This document shows, one piece after another, positions 25,705 to 38,366 of a stretch of 64,000 nucleotides of DNA. Every line of letters starts with the position of its first letter. Within the stretch, counting starts at the first letter, position 1. The position numbers and the translations under genes were made by a program. Below the pieces are notes generated by a model, which worked only from the letters and a program-made list of their open reading frames with translations, searched no databases and had not been told where the DNA came from. The DNA is from Squalus acanthias (taxonomy: Eukaryota): positions 19,842,001 to 19,906,000 of the forward strand of contig CM059433.1 in the NCBI GenBank assembly GCA_030390025.1, given 5' to 3'.

Positions 25705-26515
25705 GAAAGGATGAACAGGCTGGGTCTCTTAGGCTGAGGGGTGACCAAATAGAGATCTTTAAAATTATGAAAGGTTTTGATAGAGTAGATACAGAGAGAA
25801 TGTTTCCACTTGTGGGAAAGATCAAAACTAGAGGCCGTCAATATAAGATAGTCACTAAGAAATCAAATAGGGAATTCAGAAGAAACTTCTTTACCCAGAG
25901 AGTGGTGAGAATGTGGAACTCGCTACCATAAGGAGTGGTTGAAGCAAATCGTATAGCTGGATTTAAGGGGAGGCTAGATAAGCATATGAGGGAGAAGGGA
26001 ATAGAGGGTTATGCTGATAGATTTAAAAAAAGAAAGATTTGCAGTTATATAGCGCCTTTCACGACCACCGGACGTCTCAAAGCGCTTTACAGCCAATGAA
26101 GTACATTTGAAGTGGAGTCACTGTTGTAATGTGGGAAACGCGGCAGCCAATTTGCGCACAGCAAGGTCCCACAAACAGCAATGTGGTAATGACCAGATAA
26201 TCTGTTTTTTGTTATGTTAGTTGAGGGATAAATATTGGCCAGGACACTGGGGATAACTCCCCTGCTCTTCTTCGAAATAGTGGCCATGGGAGAGCAGACG
26301 GGGCCTCGGTTTAATGTCTCATCCGAAAGACAGCACCTCCGACAGTGCAGCACTCCCTCAGCACTGCACTGGAGCGTCAGCCTAGCTTTATGTGCTCAAG
26401 TCCCTGAGCACATTTAGATGAGGAAAGACGGGAGGAGGCTTGAGTGCAGCATAAACGCCGGCGTGGACTTGTTGGACCGAATGGCCTTGTTTCTTTGCCG
26501 TATATCCTATGTAAT
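25705..26515 (+). mobile_element. CR1 3' end nested inside the MITE
   Basis: LRGDQIEIFKIMKGFDRVDTERMFPLVGKIKTRG...FFTQRVVRMWNSLP. Confidence 0.9.
26026..26411 (-). mobile_element. DeuSINE (SacSINE1/AmnSINE1-like), 5'-truncated, L2-type tail
   Basis: Deu-domain-like gggcctcggtttaatgtctcatccgaaagacagcacctccgacagtgcagcactccctcagcactgcactgg; attta direct repeat at 26021-26025 and 26412-26416. Confidence 0.8.
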
Positions 26516-28074
26516 CTCACGGCATGCCCTGTAAATTCGATTTTTCTTCCTCACCCTTTAGCTTGAAAAATGTTTGCGCTACAAATTGCTGGAAGTGTGA
26601 GCTGATAATGGCACAGCAAGGAAATGGGGCATCTGGGACCTTGGTGAATGACGGGCCCAACAGTCCATCATCTTAACCAATTAGATTTAAGGACAGAGAA
26701 AGTAACAAAAGGAATGACAGAGGAGGAAACAGGTTGAATTATAATTAAATTAGGTACAGAAAGAGAAATAAAGAGCGGGAAAGAAAGATTGGATTCAGAG
26801 AGAGAGAGAAAAAAAGAGACAGAAAGGAAAAGTAAGAATTTTTTTTTAATTTTAAATTTTAGAGACCTCTAAGAACAATTTACTATCTGCAGGAATTAGA
26901 CTCCACAGTTTCAATTGTTCCCTTTCCGAGCCGGAGAGGTTGAATGGCATTGCAGGAGCATAAATCTCCTCATTAAAAGGGTCCTTACGCTGTTAAGTAC
27001 CCTAACTTTCTGCGGCAATTTTAATTCGTATTTACTGCACAAATGCAGCAATTTCTTGAAACTCATGGGGAGATTGACGGTGCGCTGCTGTTTTCGCGAG
27101 GCTAATGGCGGAGCGGCGCAAATTGTTCGTCAGTTTGTGGAGATTCGCAACTCTCGGGGTATCTCTTCCTCGCCACAAATTGCTGGGTTATTTATACACT
27201 AAAAATCGGCAGGGCGCATTCAACTCGCCGTTACTTTCTCAGCAAATTCTGGGTCCTTAAGAGGCCTTAATTTAATTGGAAAAGAACTAATTTCAGGATT
27301 ATAAAGGGGATTGACAAACCTGATCCTGATTTTTCTGGTTCTGAAAGAAAGTGTGTACGGAGGGTGAAAAATTAGGAAAATATTATTTACCTCAAGAATG
27401 GTCTTGGTAATATTACACTTTTTAATAGATTATTTACACTTCCCTTTCGTTGCTGCAACTTCATATTTTAAAATAACACTCAGGGAGATAAAATAAATAC
27501 AAGGCCAAATTGCAATCACATTGCGAGTCAAAAACTACTTTATGAAAATGGGTTTTTAGTATTGACTATAGTTTTCTTTAGTGCCAAGTTCTGATAGATT
27601 TATTGCAAGAGATGAGCGTGGAGATTGCCATCTAAGTCTTAAGTCCATGGCTAAATGGCTCATTAACCATGTATTACTGTCTATGTAGTTGATACTGAAA
27701 ATATTGTCAATTACCTTTTATTCCTATTGCAGCAAACTAATACTTTAGTCTAATGTGCGACATTTAAAGACCACAGTTTCGCATTTGAACCAGATGACTT
27801 TCAACATGATCAGGTTATTTATATCATTTTCTGTGTGTTGCAACAGCTCAACGAGTCTGTAGTTCAAAGGGTTGAAATCACAGTTTGTTAAAAAGCTGCC
27901 ATGATTCTAATTTTTGTTCAAAAAAAAATTAATGATTGTAGATCTTTCACTACATTTGAAATCCCTTTTTGCTTATCGGCAGTAAATGTTGCAAAATCAC
28001 TGTGGTCTGGGTTGGGAGTCCGTAAATGTACCATAGTATTAGAAATGTGGACATGCATTTATTTTTAAAGTCAT

Positions 28075-29318
28075 AGGAATTGTAACCTAAAAAAAACGAG
28101 TGGGTTGGGGGCGTGGGGGTTAAAGTGTTAAAAATCTGAATCCCGACCTGAACTCACCTCCAACCCACCCACTTCCAGTGTTAATGGAGGCGGGACGGGG
28201 TGGGGGGGCTGCGGGATGGGGGCGGGGGGGCTGCGCGATGGGGGTGGGCAGCCAACCCACTGCCAGGAGGTGGACCGTCTGATTAAGTATTATAATGAGG
28301 CTGGAAGCCTCTTCTTTAACCTCCATTTTGTGTTTAACTGTAACTGGTTGGGTTTTCATACCTCGTAAAATCCCGCCAGCTATAGCAAGGCTAGGACTGC
28401 TGCATCCAGGAGGTAAGTGCCTTTATATCTACCTCCTGGATCCAGGGTCCCTACCTAACCTCCCTCCTGCGATCGGAGACCCCTGCCCACGAGGCCTCTG
28501 ATCGCCTTCCCGGACTCCCCACCCCCTCCACACACCGATGATCTTCAGGCCAGTCCCGTTCCTATCTCCCCAATGCTCCAGCCCCGATCGTTGCTTCTCT
28601 CCCTCCCCCTGATGCTCCGGCCCCAAGACTTCCCTCCCTCACCCTCCCAATCCTCAGGGGTCTGGTGCTTCCCTCCCACCCCCCGATCCTCAGGGGTCCG
28701 GTGCTTCCCTCCCACCCCCCGATCCTCAGGGGTCCGGTGCTTCCCTCACCCTCCCAATCCTCAGGGGTCCGGTGCTTCCCTCCCACCCCCCGATCCTCAG
28801 GAGTCCGGTGCTTCCCTCACCCTCCCAATCCTCAGGAGTCCGGTGCTTCCCTCACCCTCCCAATCCTCAGGGGTCCGGTGCTTCCCTCCCTCACCCCGAT
28901 CCTCAGGGGTCCGGTGCTTCCCTCACCCTCCCAATCCTCAGGGGTCCGGTGCTTCCCTCCCACCCCCCACCCACCCCCCCTCACCGATCCTCAGGAGTCC
29001 GGTGCTTCCCTCCCACCCACTGATCCTCAGGAGTCCGGTGCTTCCCTCCCTCACCCCGATCCTCAGGAGTCCGGTGCTTCCCTCCCACTCCCCCGATCCT
29101 CAGGAGTCCGGCCCCCGCCCCCACCCAATCCCTTCCTCCCTCCGCTTTGCGGCCTACTCGCACGCAGCCAGCCAGCCAGCCTTTCCATCTGGCTGGCTGC
29201 GAGTGGGATACAGAGTCTTCTCATGCAAATCAGGCCCTGGTGTTAAAGTTGGCAGGGCCTGTGGGAAACCCGTTCTCCCGGCCGCCCCCAACCCACCTTC
29301 CCCATTAAAATTCAGCCC
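28075..29318. mobile_element. Harbinger-type MITE carrying a minisatellite
   Basis: Right end ttaaaattcagccc; left end degenerate. Confidence 0.55.
28632..29112. repeat. Minisatellite, 13 copies of a mostly 35-36-bp unit
   Basis: Core atcctcagg(g/a)gtccggtgcttccctc; tcctcagg at 28651, 28687, 28723, 28758, 28794, 28829, 28864, 28900, 28935, 28988, 29024, 29060, 29097. Confidence 0.95.
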
Positions 29319-29984
29319 ATAATCATTGACTACTGACTCAAAATAAGTGATCGCCAATCCTCCAATTTTGATTGCTAGGTGTTAACTTGGCCTAACTTCT
29401 TATATTATTCTACTTATATGTCAATACTAGACTTCTAAAACTGACATTTCTTGACTTACTCTTAATTTTACATATTGCTCAAGCAAAATGAAGAGTAACT
29501 CAAACAAGAACACTCATACATATGCCGCTTCCGTTAGTTTTTTGTATTTCCAACAATATTTGTATTTTCAGTACCTTCTTATGGTAATGATGTTGAGGAA
29601 CCAGAATTCTGATTAAAAATGCCCAGAGATGGAACATACCATTAGCAACCATTATACTGTTGAGAATACAAGATATAAAGGGAAATGTGTCATTTTTGCT
29701 GCTGATGCCATCACTGTCTTCAAACCCTGTTCTCAAACCGACTGGGTAAATACTTATAAAACTGAGTTCTACTATAGGCAAAACAATAACACACTCTGAC
29801 AGCACAGTAAAGGTTGAACCAGTCAAGTGGATGACATGGCCACAAGAGGGTATGAATATGCCCTATTCCTGATCTTTTTATAGGGAAAAGGTCAATTTCT
29901 TTTGCTTTAAGTAAGGTTCACTCTAGTTTATAATGGATTATTTCATATTTCCAAATAAACATTTGTAGGTAAGCAGCATAGCTG

Positions 29985-30350
29985 TCCTTCTTTTTCTTCT
30001 TCTTAGGCAGTCCCTCGGAACCGAGGATGACTTGCTTCCACATTAAAAATGAGTTCTCAGGTGACCGATGAGTCCAATACGGGACCTACAGTCTCTGTCA
30101 CAGGAGGGGCAGACGGTGGTTGAAGGGGTGGGTAGGTGGGGTGCTTGGGTTGACGTGCGCTCCTTCCACTGTTTGCGCTTGGCTTCCGCTTGCTCCCGGC
30201 GAAGAGACTCAAGGTGTTCGGTGCCTTCCCGGATGCTTCTCCTCCACTTTGTGCGGTCTTGGGCCAGGGATTCCCAGTGTCGGTGGGGATGTTGCACTTT
30301 TTCAAGGAGGCTTTGAGGGTGTCCTTGAAGCGTTTCCTCTGCCCACCTAG
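29985..30350 (-). mobile_element. RTE-clade LINE 3' end
   Basis: GGQRKRFKDTLKASLKKC...WESLAQDRTKWRRSIREG...CPSCDRDCRSRIGLIGHLRTH (C-terminal zinc finger); (aag)n tail. Confidence 0.9.
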
Positions 30351-31649
30351 CTGTCCTACCCCCAAAAATGAAGCATTTCATTGTACATAAGAAGTAGAGT
30401 GGGAAGAGGCTCATGTGGAGCATAAACACGGGCATAGACCAGTTGGGCCAAATGGCCTGTTTCTGTGCTGTAAATTCGATGTAATAACAGGAGGTTAATA
30501 TACTGAAAATGCCTTGCTAATTACAGCTTGGGTTGCATGCATATGACCTGTATTATATGGGCCGTGGATCTCAAAGTTGGTGTCAATTTAGAGAGACCTA
30601 CAACAAAGATTGGAGAACAAAACTTGAAATAGTACAGGGTTTTGGAAATAAAAATCGGGAGAGATGTAAAATGGGCTGCCGATTCATTATTACCTGTGTA
30701 ACACTATCGCACAAATTCAAAATCTACTCCTACAATTTCTCTGTAAACATTCTAAGGTCCCATCGTTTGACTAAATGTTAAAATGCCTAATTGTCACTCA
30801 GCTGGGTTCCTCGATTGCATTTCCTTAAGAATGTTCGAAAGTACCTTTCTGGCCGAGCACATTTAACTCTTTCAGATGGTTCCCTCAAAATTCATTCATT
30901 AATCCTCTCTGGCCCATTCTATGAGATCGCTCGATCGTTTATAGCTCTGGACATGATTCAATTTCCATTACAGTTTTTTTTCAATAAGTCAAAATTCTTT
31001 TCAAAATAGAAATATGTCCAATAGCATTGAGTGCTCTAAATAAAGTAAAGAATTATTAGAAATAAAAACACACCATACCGGTCATTCCAGGCGGGCGAGA
31101 AGCTGGCGGGCAGTGGTGGAAAATGTTATGGCCCACAGGACATCTGCTGACAGCAGGTAAATGGTGGGATTGGCTACCGAAGCTATCCTGCAGGGGTCTC
31201 ACAATCGGGGCGGGTGGGGGCGGTGCTGTAAAATCTTTGGCTTGTGCCTCATCTTATTATTAGGTCTGGAAGTGTAGTGTCAGCAGCTTTAACACTTCAT
31301 TAAGAAATATAAGATTAGACGATTTTCTGTCCTTTAGCTTACCTTATATCAAGAGATCAATCATAGTGAACACATAAGCGCTACTTGCATGTAGCCAGCC
31401 TGCTGGATGAACCTTGGCATCTTAAGTTCAAGCAGCCCACCTTGCACCAGTATTCTCTCACTTTCAAGCTCCCTTCTATAACACACCCACTTTGGGTCAC
31501 AGAATATGATGTAACCATATCACCAAAACCTGTAGGAACTGTTTTTTGTCTGGTTCTGTGATGCCAACAGTAAGCCTCATCCCTTATCTCTTCAAGGTTT
31601 CTCTGTTCAGTATTTTCATTAGGCCACAGCTGGAGCCTGACTTCCAGGA

Positions 31650-33381
31650 CATAGAAACATAGAAGATAGGAGCAGGAGTAGGCCATTCGGCCCCTCGAGC
31701 CTGCTCCGCTATTCAATGCGATCATGGCTGATCATCCAAATTCAGTACCCTGTCCCTGCTTTCTCCCCATATCCCTTGATCCCCTTAGCCTTAAGAAATA
31801 TATCTAACTCCTTCTTGAATATATTTAATGAATTGGACTCAACTGTCTTCTGTGGTAGAGAATTCCACAGGTTCACCACTCTCTGGGTGAAGAAATTCCT
31901 CCTCATCTCAGTCCTAAATGGCTTACCCCTTATCTTTAGGCTGTGACCCCTGGTTCTGGACTCCCCCGCCATCAGGAACATCCTTCCTGCATCTAGTCTG
32001 TCTAGTCCTGTTAGAATTTTATGTTTCAATGAGATCCCCTCTCATTCTTCTAAACTCTAGCGAATACAAGCCCAATCGACCCAATCTCTCTTCATACGTC
32101 ATTCCTGCCATCCCAGGTATCAGTCTGGTGAATCTTCGCTGCACTCCCTCCATGGCAAGAACATCCTTCCTCAGATAAGGCAACCAAAACTGCACACAAT
32201 ACTCAAGGTGTGGTCTCACCAAGGCCCTGTACAACTGCAGCAAGACATCCTTGCTCCTGTACTCGAATCCTCTCGCTATGAAGGCCAACATACCATTTGC
32301 CTTCTTAACCGCCTGCTGCACCTGCATGCTTACCTTCAGCGACTGGTGCACAAGGACACCCAGGTCTCGTTGCACTTCCCCTTTTCCCAATCTATTGCTG
32401 TTCAGATAATAATCTGCCTTCCTGTTTTTGCCACCAAAGTGGATAACCTCGCATTTATCCACATTATACTGCATCTGCCATGCATCTGCCCAATCACCCA
32501 ACCTGTCCAAATCATACTGGAGTTTCTCTGCATCCTCCTCACAGCACACACGCCCACCCAGCTTTGTGTCGTCTGCAAACTTGGAGATATTACATCTAGT
32601 TCCCTCGTCTAGATCATTAATATATATGGTGAATAACTGGGGTCCAAGGACCGATCCCTGCAGTACCCCACTAGTCACTGCCTGCCACTCGGAAAAAGAC
32701 CCGTTTATTCCAACTCTTTGCTTCCTGTCTGCCAACCAGTTTTCTATCCAAGTCAGTACCTTACCCCCAATCCCATGTGCTTTAATTTTGCACGCTAATC
32801 TCTTATGCGGGACCTTAGCGAAAGCCTTCTGAAATTCCAAATACACCACATCCACTGGTTCTCTTATCTATTCTACCAGTTACATCCTCAAAAAATTCCA
32901 GTAGATTAGTCAAGCATGATTTACCTTTTGTAAATCCATGTTGACTTTGTCCGATCCTGTCACTGTTTTCCAAGTGCTCTGCTATTACATCTTTTATAAT
33001 GGACTGTAGCATTTTCCCTACTACCAATGTCAGGCTTATAATTCCCCGTTTTCTCTCTGCCACCTTTTTAAAATAGTGGGGTTACATTAGCTACCCTCCA
33101 ATCCATGGGAACTGTTCCAGAGTCCATAGAATTTTGGAAGATGACCAGCAATGCATCTACTATTTCTAGGGCCACTTCCTTAAGTACCATAGGATGTAGA
33201 TTATCACGCCCTGGGGATTTATCGGCCTTCAATCCCGTCAATTTCCCGAACACCATTTCCCTACAAATACTGATTTCATTCAGTTCCTCCCTCTCATTAG
33301 ACCCTATGTTCCCCGACATCTCTGGGAGGTTATTTGTGTCCTCCTTTGTGAAGACAGAACCAAAGTATGTATTTAATTGGT
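31650..33381 (-). mobile_element. Young CR1 LINE ORF2 fragment + 3' UTR
   Basis: ORFs 33068-33319, 32815-33063, 32019-32855 and 31742-32029 with KSPG, QHGF, GVLQGSVLGP, KFADDTK, WNSLP. Confidence 0.97.
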
Positions 33382-33769
33382 CAGCACTTCAATTGTCTGA
33401 ATTTACCCATTTCAACATCAAAGTCTCAGTTCAGCATTCAACTTATCTACAGCTAGATTTGTTTCTGTTAATTATGTTAGTTCTTATAGTATTAAAATCA
33501 TATGTGGTAATATGATCTATTCTATAATTCATTCTTGAATTTAGCTTGTATTATGGTTAACTATAAATTGTCACAGTTGCCTGGGCAACTGCTTTCTTCT
33601 CTTATCTCATCCAGCCTGAATATAGTCAGGCATGTCTCTTCCTGTGTTAGCAGAAATCCGTGCTGAGTACAGAAAGCTGTGTTTATACACTGAGGCTAAC
33701 TTCATCTACCCACCATGCTTTCTGTTCATGTCAAGTTATCCTAATTAGTCATTTTCTATTATCACCCCA

Positions 33770-34453
33770 CGGAGGGAGTGCAGCGAAGATTCACCAGGCT
33801 GATACCTGGGATGGCAGGAATGACGTATGAAGAGAGATTGGGTCGATTGGGCTTGTATTCGCTAGAGTTTAGAAGAATGAGAGGGGATCTCATTGAAACT
33901 TATAAAATTCTAACAGGATTAGACAGACTAGATGCAGGACCAGGGGTCACAGTCTAAGGATAAGGGGTACGCCATTTAGGACTGAGATCCAAAGATGTGC
34001 GGGTTAGGTTGATTTGGCTATCATAAATTGACCCTTAGTGTTAGGGGGATTAAATATGTGGGGTTACGGGGATAGGGTGGGATATGTGGGGTTACGGGGA
34101 TAGGGTGGGATATGTGTCGGTGCAGGCTCGATGGGCCGAAATGGCCTCTATCTGCACTGTGGGGATTCTGATTCTGGGATTCTGTGAGATGAGGAGGAAT
34201 TTCTTCACCCAGAGAGTGGTGAACCTGTGGAATTCTCTACCACAGAAGACAGTTGAGTCCAATTCATTAAATATATTCAAGAAGGAGTTAGATATATTTC
34301 TTAAGGCTAAGGGGATCAAGGGATATGGGGAGAAAGCAGGGACAGGGTACTGAATTTGGATGATCAGCCATGATCGCATTGAATGGCGGAGCAGGCTCGA
34401 GGGGCCGAATGGCCTACTCCCTGCTCCTATCTTCTATGTCTATGTTTCTATGT
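33770..34453 (+). mobile_element. CR1 3' fragment, near-identical inverted copy of 31650-32151
   Basis: Reverse-complement match with a deletion of about 31 bp near 33939 and a SINE insertion. Confidence 0.95.
33989..34184 (+). mobile_element. HE1-like V-SINE, 5'-truncated
   Basis: V-domain ccaaagatgtgcgggttagg...aaattgacccttagtg; (gattct)n tail; TSD tgagat (33983-33988, 34185-34190); internal 28-bp tandem duplication. Confidence 0.85.
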
Positions 34454-35169
34454 AAACCTTCAGGGGCTTTCCTTGTGGGGCCTGGAGGAACATAAGGAAA
34501 GTTAAAAGAAAATGTAAAACTTACCTTTTCTTGCCCTGATCCACTTTGCTGTTGGCCAGTTGGTAAACTCACTGCTACTTCCTGTTCGGGCTGCCTAGTT
34601 AAAATTGCAGTGGGTCCTGATGATATAATCGGGACCTGACATGCACATGTTAAAAAAGATTCCGCCGGTGGGTGTCTTTGCCGCCTGCTCGGTTGAGCAG
34701 GTGAAAAATCACAGAAGGGCAGTTGCCAGCGGTTCCAGGGTGGGTAAGTGAACTGGGCGATTTTAACTGCCCACCTGTTAAAATCGCACCCATAATGTAT
34801 GTTATTTACCTTTGTTGTCAGACTTATTTTGTACCCAAATCCAAAATTGGAACGGAACCTTCAATCACTGTCAAAAAGTGAAAGGTGTTGAATGATTGAG
34901 TTCCAGAGAGGCATGTGGAGGACAGTGAGAACTGAGACTTCCAGACGTTTAGCACTGGTGGAAGTGTGCTTCATGCTACTTACAGTGTAATCTCAATAAT
35001 TTGGGGTAAATTCAACAGGATGTTTGACGTATCACACTGGAAGGTATTGAGTATATTGCTGATATTTAATACAATCAAAATGTTGTACTAATTTTTCTCT
35101 TTAGCATGCCTAAGTATTTTTTGAAATACCACCTCTAAAGTTGGCACGTTGCAAACTTGAGTGCACATG

Positions 35170-35425
35170 GTGTACAACTGGTCTTCTCTACTGGCAGATC
35201 CGGCTCAGTTACGTCAAACATTACTGTGCCTCCTTTTCTATTGCCAAATCCTCCTATTACTCCAGAATCATCCCGGAGGACAAGTACAATCTCTGACTTC
35301 ATTTCCCGATGGCTCGCTGTCTACTAAAACCCCTTTTACTTGCTCTCACCAACCTCACCTCTAATGCCAAGTGCAAGAAGCTTATGGATATTTTCATTTC
35401 AAAGGTTAAGACCATCAGTGCCGTG
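35170..35425 (+). mobile_element. L2 ORF2 linker fragment
   Basis: AKSSYYSRII..., L2-type segment between endonuclease and RT. Confidence 0.5.
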
Positions 35426-35679
35426 TCTCAACTGCCAGCTCAGCTGGTGAACCAATGTTATCATGGTCAGATGGAACACTGTTTCAGCAAGCGCGTTTGA
35501 GATATAAAATGTTGAGGGAAAACGAATCAACAAAGACTTAGTTGTCAAACAGAAAACAGAATTTCCATCCTTCTGTGCCTGGAGTATCGATGTGAGGCTG
35601 AGTCTAAAAGGATTTAAAGTATAGGTGCATTGTGTAAAGGCTCTTCAGTTGGATTCAGATGTTTCCTTGTTAACATTAA

Positions 35680-36426
35680 GGAGGAGAAATTGGGTACCTT
35701 TGCGCCTCCCATTATCGCCTCCGTGGGGCGATAACGGGTCGCGAACCACATACCGCCCGGGCGCGGCGAGAATATCGCCTCCCGCTAAATTCGGTGGGAG
35801 GTTTGCAGCGGCGGTATGGCGTTGCGCCCCGATCTCCTTCGCCCGGAGATCGTGACGTCATCGCCGTTCGCAGCGCCCCGGACCCGAACTTCGGTTCCGC
35901 CCCCTGCAGCATCGTCGGGCGAAAACACCGGCAGCTGCAGGAGGTGTTCATCGGGAGGTCGGGCGCTTCAGGGGGCAGGTACGTAAAGGCGAGGTGGCCG
36001 AGGTAAGGAAAAAAAGAATCAAATGCTTGTTCTCTGTGTTTTTGCTTTTTTCCCCAGCGCTCGATCGGCCCGGCGCTCTGCTGCAGTGCATCGGGCTGAT
36101 CGGGCCGGATCGCGGCTGTCGTCGAGGACCAGGTAAGTTTTTTCCTTGCCGAGCCTGCAGCGATGGCCCTTCCCTTTAAGGGAGGGGAGGGGCCTTCCAA
36201 CGCGGCAGTGCTGCACGGCCCAGTGTGCAGCGCTGCTCACCTACCGCCCCGCCTGCTGCCTGCTGCACTCCAGGAAGAAAGTGGGGCGTTTGATTTAGCG
36301 CTCCACTTCCTTCCTGGAGCGCAAAACCGTATTTTTAAAAAGTTGAGAAACGTTAGTGCCTGGCGCTAATTTTTTCAACTTTTAAAAGTTAGCGCCCCAA
36401 ACGGGGCTATAATGAATTTCTCCCCC
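35680..36426. mobile_element. Harbinger MITE, TAA TSD
   Basis: taa|ggaggagaaatt ... aatttctccccc|taa; both subterminal ends match those of 38034-43026. Confidence 0.9.
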
Positions 36427-36484
36427 TAAGTGTGTTAATTTGTACTAAATCATCATTGAAAATATAATCCATCCAAGATTCTGT

Positions 36485-36670
36485 GGCCTAGAAATTGGTC
36501 TCGGGTGGTGAGGCAAAACAGACGGTATCGAATCGTCCGCCCGTTATACGCAGAGCCTGATCTTCAGATCCATAGACTGCAATGGAACTGAATATCAGTC
36601 ACTGCGTATAACGGGCAGCCGATCCGACACCACCCGCTTTGCGTCACCGCCCGGGACAAATTTCTAGCCC
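36485..36670. mobile_element. Palindromic Harbinger MITE, TGT TSD
   Basis: tgt|ggcctagaaatt ... aatttctagccc|tgt; full-length imperfect hairpin. Confidence 0.9.
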
Positions 36671-37196
36671 TGTGTTGTTTAAGATGGAGTTCATTTTGGG
36701 TAATGCGCTTGTAGCCAAAGAATTTATAGCACAGTGCATTTCTGTAAAGTGCATTTGATGTTCCCTAATTGCTCATATACTTAGCAATTGTAAATATCAA
36801 TGAAATTCTAAATATACTGTCGCACTACAACTATTATATCTGGAAATATTCTGTTTTATATTCATTGCAACAGTAGTTTAAAGTTATATTTATAGCAGCT
36901 TGACTTCTGATCTTATACTGTATAAATTAGCAACAGATCTGATGAAAGTGAAGGTATTAAGGAGGATCAGTGTTAGGGAAGGATTCTGTAACAGCGCTGG
37001 AACACAAGGATGTCCAGGGAGGTTGTGCTCCGACAGAATCCATATGGATAGAGTTAAGAAATGGAAAGAAAAATTGATTTAGTTCTTGGTGTGCATTAGA
37101 AGTCACCAAACAGTGGAGATGAAATAGAGGTTGGGATCAACAAACAGTTCAGAGAGATATGTAAGAGCAAGAAGCAATAATACTCGGTAATTTTAA

Positions 37197-37940
37197 CAGC
37201 AACTTGCATTTATATAGCACCTTTAATGTAGAAAATGGCATAATTTGACAAAAGTGTATGCTTAGATGAAGAGGGAGATATTAGGAGGGGTGAACCAAAG
37301 CTTGGTCAAAGAGGTGGGATTTAAAGAGAGCCTTAAATCGATTTTTAGATACTAAGGGAATCAAGGGATATGGGGATAGTGCGAGAAGGTGGAGTTGAGG
37401 TCGAAGATTAGCCATGATCTTATTGAATGGTGGTGCAGGCTCGAGGGGTCGAATGGCCTACTCCTGCTTCTATTTCTTATGTTCTATGTTCTTATGTTCT
37501 TAAAGCAGGAGAGGGAGGTGAAGAGGTGGAGGGGTTTAAGGAGAGAATTCCAGAGTGTGACGCCTCAACATCTGAAGCCACAGCTGCCAATGGTGGGGCA
37601 AAGAGGGGAGTGTGCACAAAAGTCCAGAGGAATGTAAAGTTTGGCGGGGGTGGGGGTGCGGGGGGGGGGGGGGGATGGTGCGGACTGTAAAGCTGAAGGG
37701 GGTTACAGAGATAGGGAGAGGTGAAGCCACAAAGGGATTTAAACACAAGCGTGACAATTTAAAATTGGAGGCGTTGGGGGAACAAGATCCAATATCGATC
37801 AGCAGCAACAGGTTGATGGGTGAGCGGGACTTGGTGCAGGATAGGATACAGGCAGCAGAGTTTTGGGTGAGCTGAGGATTATAGAGTGTGGGTGGCTGGC
37901 CAGGGGAGCATTGGAATAATCAGTCTGTAAGTGACAAGGG
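37197..37940 (-). mobile_element. L2 3' fragment containing a + strand CR1 tail (about 37338-37498, cttaaa TSD)
   Basis: caacttgcatttatatagcacc tail; cttaaa flanks the CR1 tail on both sides. Confidence 0.85.
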
Positions 37941-38366
37941 CATATCCTAAAATAAACTGGAATAAAGGTAACCAGCGTTGTCAAAGTTGGAGATGCTTTT
38001 TAGAATGCATCTCGGACTGTTTCCTGGATCAATGGGGGAAAAATTCGGTATCGACCATTTTGGGGCGCTAACATCGCCTGGGCGCTAATTAGCGCCGGTG
38101 ATCGCGAAATTGAGTTTTAGCGCCCCAAGAGGGAAGTGGAGCGCTAAATCAAGCGCTGCACACTCCTCTTAGAGTGCTATCGTCGGGGAACGGGACGCTA
38201 CCGCAGAGCGCTAATCAAGTTCCGGCGCAGTCAATTACAAGTACTGACAGACTGGCGCCTTCCAGTTCTTAAAGGGGAGGTTCAATCAAGCTGCACAGCC
38301 TCACTCTGATTGTTGCTGCTTGTGAACTGGGCCTGCAAGGAGCTGCAAACCATCAACCAGAATCTC

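Larger units (their letters stand above)
25360..27400 (+). mobile_element. Old CR1 remnant interrupted by a MITE (25652-27256)
   Basis: FNVDKCKIL...LARLYLEDYVQFW before 25650; MITE ends cagaatttgctg / cagcaaattctg. Confidence 0.6.

Noticed and set aside
28632..29112. CRISPR-like constant repeat with variable spacers
   Set aside because: Linkers are short, C-rich, mutually similar and recurrent; eukaryotic context with no cas genes; it is a minisatellite
28573..29322. 249-aa Pro/Ser-rich ORF
   Set aside because: Artefact of the stop-free minisatellite
29500..29850. 108-aa minus-strand ORF and a possible + strand exon (acceptor 29571)
   Set aside because: No recognisable protein; all + frames contain stops; donors are weak
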